A DNA stretch of 64,000 nucleotides, taken from positions 57,786,001 through 57,850,000 of the forward strand of contig NC_045697.1 of the NCBI RefSeq assembly GCF_009834535.1, given 5' to 3'. The notes beneath the pieces were generated by a model, which worked only from the letters and a program-made list of their open reading frames with translations, did not search any database and was not told where the DNA came from. Position numbers and translations under genes: made by a program. Positions 35,429-47,917 of the stretch are shown here, in pieces (the first letter of the stretch is position 1; each line of letters opens with the position of its first letter). This stretch comes from Camelus ferus (taxonomy: Eukaryota).

Positions 35429-38400
35429 ACATGTGTCGTTTTGAATTAAAGTTCCCTCTGGATATATGCCCAGGAGTGGGATTACTAGATAATATGGTAA
35501 GTCTATTTTAGTTTTTTTTTTTTGTTTTTGAGGAATCTCCATATTGTTTTCCATAATGGCTGCACCAAACTACATTCCCACCAACAGTGTAGGAGAGTTC
35601 GCTTTTCTCCACATCCTCTCCAGCATTTTATCATCTGTGGACTTTTGAATGATGGCCATTCTGACTGGTGTGAGGTGGTAGCTCATTGTAGTTTTGATTT
35701 GCATTTCTCTGATAATTAGTGATACTGAGCATTTTTTCATGTGCCTGTTGGCCATTTGTGTCTTCATTTGAGAATTGCTTGTTTAGGTCTTCTGCCCATT
35801 TTTGGATTTGGCTGTTTGGTTTTTTTCTTACTAAGTTATATGAGCTGTTTATATATTCTGGATATTAATCCCTTGTCAGTCTCATCTTTTGAAAATATTT
35901 TCTCCCATTCTGTAAGTTGTCTTTTTGTTTTGCTTATCATTTCCTTTGCTGTGCAAAAGCTTATAAGTTTAATTAGGTCCCATTTATTTATTTTTGCTTT
36001 TATTTCTGTTTATTGGGTTGATTGCCCCAGGAGAATATTGCTGAGATTTATGTTAGATGATGTTTTGCCCATATTTTCTTCTAGGAGGGTTATAAGTGTC
36101 TTGTCTTATGTTTCAGTCTTTAAGCCATTTTGAGTTTATTTTTGTGTATGGTGTGCAAGAGTATTCTAACTTCATTGACTTATATGCGGCTGCCCAGTTT
36201 TCCCAAAACCACTTGCTGAAGAGACTGTCTTTACTCCATTGTATGTTCTTGCCTCCTTTGTGAAAGATTAATTGACCAAAAGTTTGTGGGTTTATTTCTG
36301 GGCTCTCTGTTGTGTTCCATTGATCCATATGTCCGTCTTTTTTTTTTTTTTTTAACCAATGCCATGCTGTTTTGATTACCGTAGCTCTGTAGTATTGTCT
36401 GAAATCTGGGAGTGTTACTCCTCCAGCTTCATTGTTTTTCTTCAGTAATGTTTTGGCAATTCTGGGTCTTTTGTGATTCCATGTAAATTTTAGGATTATT
36501 TGTTCTAATTCTGTGAAAAATGTCCTGGGTAATTTGATATGGGATCACATTAAATCTGTAGATTGCTTTGGGTAGTATGGTCATTTTAACAGTATTAATT
36601 CTTTCAATCCAAGAACATGGGATATCTTTCCATTTCTTTAAGTCATCTTTAATTTCCTTAGCAAATGTTTGTAGTTCTCTGCATATGTCTTTCACTTCCT
36701 TGGTCAGATTTATTCCTAAGTATTGTTTTTGATACAATTTTAAAAGGGATTGTTTCTTTACATTTCTTACCTGATATTTCATTGTTAGTGTAAAGAAATG
36801 CCACTGGTTTCTGTATGTTAATCTTGTATCCTGCTACCTTGTTGAATTATTTTATTAGCGCTAATAGTTTTTGTGTGGAGCCTTTAGGGTTTTATATATA
36901 TAGTATCATGTCATCTGCATATAATGACAATTTTACCTCTTCCAATTTGGGTCCCTTTTCTTTCTTTTTCTTGTCTAATTGGTATGGCTAGGACTTCCAA
37001 TACTATGTTGAATAGAAGTGGTGAGAGTGGACATTCTTGTCTTGTTTGAGATTTTAGCAGAAAGGCTTTCAGTTTCTCACTGTTGAGTATTATGCTGGCT
37101 GTAGGTTTGTCATAATTAGGTTTTATTATGTTGAGATATGTTCTCTCTATACCCACTTTAGTAAGAGTTTTTATCATAAATGAGTATTGAATTTTATCCA
37201 ATGCTTTTTCTGCATCTATTGAGATGATCATGTAATTTTTGGCCTTTCTCTTGTTGATGTGGTGTATCATGCTTATTGATTTGTGTATGTTGAACAATCC
37301 TTGTGTCCCTGGGATGAATCCACCTTGATCATGGTGTATGATTTTCTTTATGTGTTGTTGGATTCTGTTTGCTAATATTTTGTTGAGGATTTTTGCATGT
37401 TCATCAATGGTAACTGGCCTATAGGTTTCTTTTTTGGTAGTGTCTTTGTCTGGCTTTGGTATCAGGGTGATGGTGGCTTCATAGAATGAGTTTGGGAGTA
37501 TTCCCTCCTCTTCAGTCTTTTGGCAGAGTTTGAGAAAAACTGGTATGAGCTCTTCTTTGTATGTTTGATTGAATTCCCCACTGAAGCCGTCTGGTCACTG
37601 GACTTTTGTTTCCAGGGAGGTTTTTTTATTGCTGATTCTATTTTACTTCTAGTGATTGGTCTGTTGAAGTAATCCATTTCCCCTTGATTCAGTTTTGGTG
37701 GACTGTATGTTTCTAGAAACTTGTCCGTTTCTTCTGAGTTGTCCAATTTATTGCCATACAGTGTTCATAATATTCTTATGAATTTTTGTATTTCTGTGGT
37801 GTTGGGTTGTAATCTCTCCATTTTCACTTCTTATTTTATTTGTGTGCGCCTTTCTTCTTGGTGAGCCTGGCCAGAGATTTGTCAATTTTGTTTAGTCTTT
37901 GAAAAAATCAGCTCTTGGTTTGACTGATTTTTTTTCTATTTTTTTTTAATCTCTATTATATTTATTTACTCCATGACCTTTATTATTTTTTTCCTTCTGC
38001 TGACTTTGGGTTTTGTTTGCTCTTCTTTTTTCTAATTCTTTTAGGTGGTATGTCCGGTTATTTATTTGAGATTGCTCTTTTTTGAGGAAGGCCTGTTATC
38101 ACTATGAACTTCCTTCTTAGGACTGCTTTTGCTACATCCCATAGATTTTGTGTGGTTGTGTTTTCATTGTCATTTGTCTCCAGGTATTTTCTAATTTCTT
38201 CTTTGATTTCATCATTGATGATGTTTAGTCTCCATGCTGTCATCTTTTTCTCATCTGTTTTTCTGTGGTTGATTTCTAGTTTCATGCCATTGTGATCAGA
38301 GAAGATGCTTGGAATAATTTCTATCCTCTTAAATTTGTTGATGCTTCTTTTGTGCCTGAGTATGTGGTCTGTTCTATAGAATGTTCTATGAGCACCTGAA

Positions 38401-41400
38401 AAGAATGTATATTCTGTTTTGGGGGGATGTAATATCCTAAAAATATCAAACGAGTCCAACTGTTCTATTGTGTCATTTAGTATGTCCATTGCCTTATTGA
38501 TTTTCTGTCTGGAAGACCTGTCCAGTGATGTTAGTGGGGTCTTAATGTCTCCTATTATTGTATTCCCATCAATTTCTCCCTTTATGTCTATTAGGATTTA
38601 TTTTATATATTTAGGTGCTCCTATATTGGGTGTACATGTTAACAAGTGTAATATCTTCATCTTGTATTGCTCCTTTGATTATTACATAGTGTCCTTCCTT
38701 ATCTCTTTTGATGGCTTTTGTTTTAAAGTATACTTTACCTGATACGAGTTTTGCTACTCCTGCTTTCTTGTCATTTCCATTTGCTTAAATATCTTTTTCC
38801 ATCCTCTCACTTTCAATCTATGTGTGTCCTTCACTCTAAAGTGGGTATCTTGTAGGCAGCATATTGTAGGTTTTTGTTTCATTATCCGATCTGCCACTCT
38901 GTGTCTTTTGAATGGAGCATTTAGTCCACTGACATTTATAGTAATTATTGATAGATATGTGTTTATAGTCATTTTGAACTTTGTTTTCCAGTTGATTTTG
39001 TATTTCTTCTTTGTTCCTGTCTTTTCCTTTTTGTTTTTCTTTTTTGTGGTTTGATATTTTTCTTTTGTATTAGCTTAGTTTCTTTTTGGTTTTTGTGATT
39101 TTATTGTATGCTTTTGATTTGTGGTTATCCTGTTTTTCAAGTATGCTAACCCCTTACTATATCTGTTTCCTTTAGACTGTTAGCCATGTAGGCTCAAACA
39201 CATCTTAAAAATAATGAAGGAAAAAAGGTGGGGGGAAGAGAGAAAAAAAATCTGTATTTTCTTGCTCCCCTCTCCCACACTTTATGATCTTGATATTATT
39301 TTTCTTTATTTTTTAATATTCATGTTTATTCTCTTGCAATTTACTGTAGTTATTGCATTTCCAATTATGATTTTCTCATTTCTATAGCTTCCTGTTTCTT
39401 TTCTATTTAGAGTAGACCTTCCAATATTTCTTTTAGCATAGGTTTAGTATTGCTGAATGCTTTTAGTTTTTGCTTGTCTGTCTGTGAAATTATTTATCTC
39501 TTTTTCGACTCTACAGGATAGTCTTACCAGATAGAATATTCTAGGTTGCAGGTTTTTCTCATTCAGGACTTTGAACATTATCTTGCCACTCCCTTCTAGC
39601 CAGCAGTGTTTGTGTAGAGACATCAGTTGAAAGCCTTATGGGGCTTCCCTTGTAATTAACTCTTTGTTTTTCTCTTGCTGCCTTTACAATCCTTTCTTTA
39701 ACTTTAGCCATCTTAATTATAATATGTCTTCGTGTAGGTCTGTTTGGGTTCTTCTTGTTTGGGACCCTCTGTGTCTCCTGCACTTGGATATGTGTTTCCT
39801 TCTTTAGGTTTGAAAAGTTTTCTGTCATGATTTCTTCAAATACCTTTTCAATCCTCTTTTCTCTTTCTTCTCCTTCTGGGATTCCTATTATGCATAGGTT
39901 GGCATGCTTTGTATTATCCCATAGGTCCATTATATCGCTTTAATTGGTTTTTATTTGCTTTTCTGTCTGCTATTCTGAATGGGTAACTTCTGTTATCCTG
40001 TCTTCTAAGTCACTTATTTGTTCCTCTGCATTATCCAGTCTGCTTTTGACTGCCTTTATCTCGGCTCTTATCTCAGCAATTGAGTTTTCTGTTTTTAATT
40101 GGCTCTTCTGTATAGTTTCAATTTCCTTTTTAAAGTATTCTGTCTCTATTGATAGTCTCTTTTAGTTCCTTCATTACATTGATCATTCCCTTCTTGAAGT
40201 CACGATCTAGTAGACTATCAAGGTCTATTTCATTAATCATTCTTTCAGGGGATTTCTCTTGTTCTTTTAATTGGGAGTAGTTCCTCTGTTCATTTTACTT
40301 TCATCTCTCTGGATTTAGGAGTATCAGTTATCTACTTTGTTCTTGAAGTGCTGTTTTACTTTTTGTTTTTATTTAAAATGGGAGAGATCCTGTGTAGATT
40401 GTGGGCATCTAATAGTTTTGTTGCAATGACTGTTCTTAGTATGGATGGTTGCCACATCTTCTCTGAGAGTTGGCTGTTATCCCTTTGATTGGGGGTGTGG
40501 TTGGTGTAGTGTTCAGAGCCTGCCTTGATTGTTGTTGAGCCAGGCCTCTTTTTTTGTTCTGTAGTTGTCAAAGCCTTGACAAAGGCCTGGTCTGCTCCCT
40601 TGTTGCTGGAATAGAGGCTTCTAGACCCATTTCTGAGCTGTGATGTGTAGTAGGCAGTGTTGGACTGCTTCAGCTGGGAAGAAGTGTAAGCAGGAAATGT
40701 CCACTGGGAAGTGCCCTCTGTGGTGGTGTCTGTCACCTGTTATGCAGGCTTATGAAATACCCTTAGTTAACAATGCCTGTGTCCCCACCTTAGCTGTCAA
40801 AATGTTGGCCACCTGTTCTGATACCCCAAGGTTCTGAGCCCCAGGAACCACCAGTGCAGATCCACCAGTGTCAGGTGTTAGGACCTGGTGTAGCAAGCGT
40901 GCAGTCACACACTTGAATCTGTAGTGTGCCAGTTTGATGCAGACCCCAGCCCCACATCCACATATAGTATGGTACACTGGCTTGTTGTAAACGCCCGTAC
41001 TTGCCCCCTTCATGAGTCAGAACTCTGCTCACTGCCTGTTAGTCCTAAAGGCACAGGTCCACAAAGGTTCCAGAGAGCGAATCCACCCTCTCTGCCTGGT
41101 CTATAAACAAATCTCAGTCCCTCCCTTGAAGTTGCATGGCCACAGGGTATAAATTCAGTCTTCAGCCCTGCTTCCTCACATCAGTGATGGCTATGACCGA
41201 GTCCCACTTCTCTTGTAGGGAGAATACACCAACAATGGAGCCAAGTGCATCTGCACTGAGCCCCTCTCCCACACACACACACCCCAACAGTGTTTTTTTT
41301 TTTATGCTGTTCTGCCCACACCCCCAGCTAGAGCTCACACTGCCCTCCAATCCCCTGAGACTGTCTCTGTGTGGTGGGCAGTGGTTATTGCTTTCTCCTC

Positions 41401-41468
41401 TGAGCCTTGGAAGCTCCACTGCTGTCCTCATTGACCTCCCTGGAGGGGGCTGGAGAGGGAGTGTCTCC
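35429..41468 (-). mobile_element. L1 element A/C, 5' portion (ORF2, ORF1, 5'UTR)
   Basis: ORF2 fragments 38972-35570; ORF1 39559..39930 (DLWDNTKHANLCIIGIPEGEE). Confidence 0.95.
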
Positions 41469-44400
41469 ATGTGTGTGGATTTATTTCTGGGTGCTCTATC
41501 CTGTTCCATTGATCTATGTGTCTGTTTTTGTGCCAGGACCATAGTGTCTTGATTACTGTAGCTTTGTAGTGTAGTCTGAAGTCAGGAAGCATAATTCCTC
41601 CAGATCTATTCTTCTTTCTCAAGATTGTTTTGGCTATTTAGGGTCTTTTGTGTTTTCATACAAGTTTAAAATTTTTGTTCTAGCTCTGTGAAAAATGCCC
41701 TTGGCATTTTGATAAAGATTACATTGAATTTGTACATTACTTTGGGTAGTACAGTCATTTTAACAATATTAATTCTTACAATCCAAGAATATGGTATATC
41801 TTTTCACCCGTTTGTGTCATCTTCAATTTCTTTCATCCATGTTTTATAGGTTTTTTACTTCCTTAGGTAATTTTATTCCTAGGTATTGTATTCTTTTTTA
41901 TGCAATGGTAAATGGGATTGTTTTTAATTTCTGTTTCTGATAGTCCATTGTTAGTGTATAGAAATGTAACAAATTTCTGTACATTAATTTTATATCCTGT
42001 GACCTTACCAAATTTATTGATAAGCTCTAGTAGTTTTCTGGTAGTGTCTTTAGGATTTTCTATGTATACTATCATGTCATCTGCAAACAGTGACAGTTTT
42101 ACTTCTTCCTTTTCAATTTGGATTTATTTACTTTTTTCCTATTGCTCTAGGACTTCCAATAGTGTATTAAAAAAAAGTGGCAAGAATTGGCATCCTTGTC
42201 TTGTTCCCAGTATTAGAGAAATGCTTTCAGCTTTTCACAGTTCAGTATGATGTTTGCTGTGGGTTTCTCATATGTGGCCTTTATTATGTTATCCCTCTAT
42301 GCTCACTTTCTGGAGATTTTTATCATAAATGGATGTTGAATTTGGCAGCAGCAGCTTTTTCTTCAACTAAGGGTTTTTATTCTGCAATTTCTAATGTAGT
42401 GCATCACAGTGATATTTGAAATACTGAAAAAATTATTGCATCCCTGGGATAAATTTTACTTGATCATGGCATATGATCCTTTTAATGTGTTGTTGGAGTC
42501 TGTTCGCTAGTATTTTGTTGAGGACTTTTGCATCTGTGTTCACCAGTGATATTGGCCTATAGTGTTTATGTATGTGTGTGTGGTTGAGGGGGTGGGGGAT
42601 ATCTTTGTCTATGTTTGGCATCCAGATGATGCTGGATTGTGGAATGGTTTTAGAAGGATTCCTTCCTCTGCAATTTGGAATAGTTTGAGAAGAACAGGTA
42701 TTAACTCTTCTTTAAATGATTGGTAAAATTCACCTGTGCAGCCATCTGGTCCTAGACTTTGCTGGCAGATTTTAAATTTCAATTTCGTTACTCGTAGTTT
42801 CTCTGTTCGTATCTTAAATTTCAATTTCATTACTTGTAGTTTGTTCTTATCTTCTATTTCTTCCTGATTCAGTCTTGGGAGATTCGTACCTTTCCAAGAA
42901 TTTGCCCATTTATTCTAGGTTGTCCATTTTATTGGCATAGAGTTGTTCATAGTAGTCTCATGACCCTTTGTATTTCTGTGGTGTTGGTTGTAACTCTTCC
43001 TTTTTTGGGGCCCTGTCTTTTTTTTCCTGAGTCTGACTAAAAGTTTATCAATTTTGCTTATCTTTTTAAAGAATCAGATTTTAGTTTTATTCATTTTTTC
43101 TATTATTTTTTAGTCTCTAGTTCATTTATTTATGCTACGATCTTTATGATTTATTTTCATCTATTAATTTTGGGTTTGTTTCTTTCTCTAGTTCCTTTAG
43201 CTGTAAGTTTCTTTCTCTAATTCCTTTAGGTGTGAGGTTAGGTTGTTGGTAATATTTTTCTTCCCTGAGGTAAGCTTATATCACTATAAACTTATCTCTT
43301 AGAACTATGTGTGCTGCATTCCAGAGGTTTTAGATCATTGTCTCTTCATTTTCCTTTGTCTCCAGGTATTTTTTGATTTCCTCTATTATTCAGAGATCCA
43401 TTGGTTATTTAGTCGCATGTTGTTTAGCTTCCCTTTGTTTTTTTGTTTGTTTTGTTTTGTAATTTTTTTCTTATAGTTGAGTTCTAGTCTCATACCATTG
43501 TGTTCAGAATAAATGCTTATTTGCTATGATTTCAGTGTTCTTAAATTTACCAAGGCTTGTTTTGTGGCCTAGTATATATCATCTATTCTGGAGAATATTC
43601 CATGTGCACTTGAAAAGAATGTATATATTATGCTTTCAAAGGGAATATATATGTGTCAATTAAGTCTTTCTAGTCTAATTAGTGTCATTTAAAGCCAGTG
43701 TTCCTTTACTGATTTTCTGTCTGGATGATTTGTCCTTTAATATAAGTAGGGTGTTAAAGTCCCCTACTATTATTGAGTTACTATCAATTTCTTCCTTTTT
43801 ATCTGTTAATATTTGCTTTACATGTTTAGGTGCTCCTATGTTGAGTGCATATATATTTCTAATTGTTATTTCTTCTTGCTGGGTTGATCCATTGATCATT
43901 ACCTAGTGTCTTTCTTTATCTTTTTATTTTCAAGTCTTTATTTCAAGTCTGTCTGATAAAATATTGCTACCCTGGCTTTCTTTAGATTTCCATCTGTGTG
44001 GAATATCATTTTTCCATCCTCTCAGTTTCAGTCTTTGTGTGTCTTTAGATCTGAAGTGAGCCTCTTGTAGGCAGCATGTATATGGGTCTTGTTTTGGTAT
44101 CCATTCAGTCCTCTGTCTTTTATTGAGCATTTATTCCATTTACATTTAAAGTAATTACTGATATGTTCTTATTGCCATTTAATTGGGGTTATTTTGTAGG
44201 CCTTTTTTCCCCCTTTTGTTCTCTTGTGATTTAATGACTATCTTAGTATTATGTTTGAATTCTATTTTATTTGTGTGTGTATAGCTATTACAGATTTTTG
44301 GCTTGTGGTTACACTGAGGTTTTTATAGCATCTCTCTATATCTATGTTGTAAGTTGTTGATCTCTTAATATCAAATGAAATTTAACAACCCTGCATTTGT

Positions 44401-46915
44401 ACTCTCCTCTCCTCATGAGTACTATTTTTGATATATTTGAATCTGTTTTGTGTATCTTTTAACTGCTTATTTTGGATGTAGATAATTTTACTACTTTTGT
44501 CTTTTAACCTTCATACCAGCTTTCTGCATGGATCATTTCCTACCTCTACTGTATGTTTGCCTTTATCAGTGAGCTTTTCCATTTTATAATTTTCATGTTT
44601 CCAGTTACGGCCTTTCTTTTTCACTTAGAGAGGTTCCCATAACATTTATTATAAAGGTGTTTTGATATTGCTGAATTCTTTTACCTTTTGCTTGCTCTAT
44701 CAAATATGAGTGAAAAGCACTGCTGGGTAGAATGTCCTTGCATGTAGATTAATCACTGTATATCATGCCACTCCCTTCTGGCCTTCAGAGTTTCTGCTGA
44801 AAAGTCAGCTGATAACCTTATGGGAGCTCCCTTGTACATTGTTATTTTTCCCTTACTGCCTTTACTCTCTGTGTATCTTTCATTTATGCCATTTTAATTA
44901 CAGTGTATCTTGGTGTGTTCCTCTTTGGGTTAATCCTGTATGGGACTTTCTGTGCTTCCTGCACCTGGATGACTGTTTCCTTCTCCTGGTTAGGGGAGTT
45001 TCCAGCTATTATGTCTTCAAATATATTCCCATCCCCTTTCTCGCTCATCCTTCTGGGACCCTATAATGTTGCTATCAGTGTGCTTGATGTTGTCCCAGAG
45101 GCCTCAAACTGTCCTCATTTCATTGTTTTTCTGTTCAGCATCAGTGATTTCCACTACTGTCTTCTAGCTTGCTGATCCATTCCTTTGTATCAATTAATCT
45201 ACTATTGATTAAGTGTTTTTCATTTTTGTTTCATTGTTCTTTATATTTCCTAACTGTTAAAAACTTCTAACTTCTCACTCTGTGCATCCATTCTTGTCCT
45301 GAGTTCTTTTGTCGTCTTTACAATCACTGCCCTGAACTTTCTTGGGTAGACTATTTTCACTTCACTTAGTTTTTCCTCTGTGGTTTTATCTTATTCCTTC
45401 ATCTGGAACATGTTCCTCTGTCACCTGATAATGTCAAAATGGTTGTTTGTATTTTTATGTATGTGGTAGGTTAGTTACACTCCCTGACCTTAGAGAAGTG
45501 GCCTTCTGTAGGAGACATCCTGTGTATCCCGGCAGTGCATGACCCTCTTATCACTCAAGCTATATGCTCTAGCAGTTCCCTCTATGAGGGCTTTGTGGGT
45601 CTTCCTGTTGTGGTGGATGGACTACTTGGCTGGTCTTGTAGGCTTGGTTGGCTTCTGGTCTGGTTTGTTTCCAGGTCCTGCCTTAGGCAGAGGCTGCTGG
45701 TTGGTGGGGCTGTGTCACAAGGTTTCTAACTGCAGAACCCCAGGGTCCTTTAACCTTCATATTAGGGGGCACTATGCTAGTGTTGGATCCCTGGTGGGTA
45801 AAGTCAGGGTCTAGAACACTTTGGGGTGGTTGCTCCCCAATTGGTGGCTGAAGCCAGGTCTTCAGGTTAATGCAGACTACTGGCAGGCCGAGCTGGGTTG
45901 TGGAGTCTGATTGTAAGGCTGAGGGGTTTGAGAGCTCGTTTCAGGTTATTGGTGGGGGGCGGGGGTACTGCTTCCTGACACAAGTGGGTACAGGCTCGGG
46001 GGTGTCCCAGAGCTTGTGTTGGTCTGCCTGATAGTGGGCAAGGCCAGGGTCCAGCTGGTCCCAGGGCAGCGTGCTTGGACAGGCTGAGTCTATAAGCTGC
46101 AAAACTGTGTTTTTCTTTCATCTGGTGCGGGCTTCTAGAATGCAGGGCCACGGTCAGAGATGGCTATGGACTCAGGAGGCCTGTAGCAGCCTGTTTGCTG
46201 ACAGATGTGGCTGTGTCCCCACCCAGTTAGTTACCTGGCCTGAGGTGTCCCAGCACTGGCACCTACAGGCTATCAGGAGGAGCCAGGTCTTGGTGCTAAA
46301 GAGCTAGAGGGAAGATTCCACAATGGTACCTATCAGCACAAGCATCTACATGGTAGAAGGATCTCCCAAGAATGGCTGCTGCCAGTGTCTGTGTCTCCAG
46401 GGTGAACTACAACTGTCCCCTGCCTGTCTGGCAAACTAATTCCAGCAGGTAGGTTTGGCCCAGGCTCCTGTCAAATTATTGCTTTTGCCCTCTTAGATTG
46501 TGTGAAATTTTGTGTGTGCCCTTTAAGAGTGAAGTCTGTTTTCCTTAGTCCTGTAGGACTCCTGAAATTAAGCCCCACTGGCCTTCAAAGCCAAAAATTT
46601 CTTGGGGCCCATCTTCCTAGTGTATGACCCCTGGGCTGGGGAGCCCAATCTGGGGCTCAGACCTCTCCTGTGGGAGAACATCTGCAATGTAATTTTTCTC
46701 TGGTTTGTGTGTCACCTACCTGGAAGTATGAGTCTTGACTATATTGTGAGTCTACCCCTCCTACTCGTCTTTTTGTGGTTCCTTCTTATGTCTTTAGTTG
46801 TAGAAGATATTTTCTAGTAGGCTCTGGTCATTTTCATCAATGTTTGTTCTGCAAATAGTTGTGACTTTGGTGCACCTCTAAAAGATGGGCTCAGGGTCTT
46901 TCTACTTTCCATCCA
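41469..46915 (-). mobile_element. L1 element D, 3'-deleted
   Basis: Begins within ORF2 ([15 protein letters not shown]); EN at 44130-43675; ORF1; long 5'UTR resembling that of B. Confidence 0.95.
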
Positions 46916-46954
46916 TCATTTAGCTGATATCTGCAATTAATTTTAACTAACAAA

Positions 46955-47190
46955 CACATAAGTACTTACTATTTGCCAAACACTCTTCTAAACAGAAGTT
47001 GTACAAATGATAATTCACTTCATAATCATAAGAGTCCTATGGAGTAGGCATTATCATTATTTTAATTTTATATGTGATGAAATTAACCCCAGAGAGATTA
47101 AGCAAGTTGCCTAAGATCACCTAATTGGTTTGACAGGTGGCTAATATTTCATTCCTAGCAGCCTTGTTCTAGTGTCTGCACACTTATCCA
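46955..47190 (-). mobile_element. MIR
   Basis: gtaggcattatcatt...cccagagagattaagcaagttgcctaagatcac. Confidence 0.75.
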
Positions 47191-47639
47191 CGTGATACTG
47201 ATTTTTTTGACAAAAATATAATCCACTTTGGCAATATACTTATCATGATCTTCCCATATGTCCCTTACTATGTAATAAAGAAATATATATTTTCTGGAAA
47301 TTAAACAGAATAATACTGAGAGGTATTAATGCAATATTATCATCTCATACTAGATAAAATAGAACTGGAAGCTATAACTTGAGAAATTTATTAATGTTCT
47401 GCTAACAAACTTACCTATCTACTGGCACCTGGACCCATCTTCAGTTTGTTCCTTTGCTCATCCCAGCTAAGCCAACTTGTTCCCTCTGGGTTCTGGAATA
47501 TATTTCCTTCCACTTTTCTAAAGTTTCCATGGTGTATTCTACATATTCCACCCCAAATGGAATTTTCTAACTGCTTGCATGTAAACAGATTCTCTAAATC
47601 CTTTCATCTTGGGGAAAATCTTCCCTCCTCCAATTCTAT

Positions 47640-47917
47640 TCAGTCTATTGTAACAAATTTTGTAAACAAAATTTGCATAGACTGGGTGAGTTAAACAACA
47701 AACATTTGTTCCTCATTGACAGCCACCTTCTTACTGTGTCCTCACATTGTAAGCAGGGTGAGGGAGATCTCTGGGGTCTCTTAAAAAGGCACTAATTCCA
47801 TTAACGGAGACTTTTGTCCTAATCACCTTTCAAGGCTCCCCTTCTTAGTATCATAACATTGGGGGGTAGCATTTGAACAGATGAATTATGGGGGACACAA
47901 ATATTCAGTCTATAGCA
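47640..47917 (-). mobile_element. MLT1A-like LTR, internally deleted
   Basis: catagactgggtg..aaacaaca...ggggacacaaatattcagtctatagca. Confidence 0.8.

Noticed and set aside
29026..46817. Many 60-160 aa ORFs on both strands
   Set aside because: Minus-strand ORFs are broken L1 ORF1/ORF2 pieces and plus-strand ORFs are their antisense shadows. No intact L1 is present.
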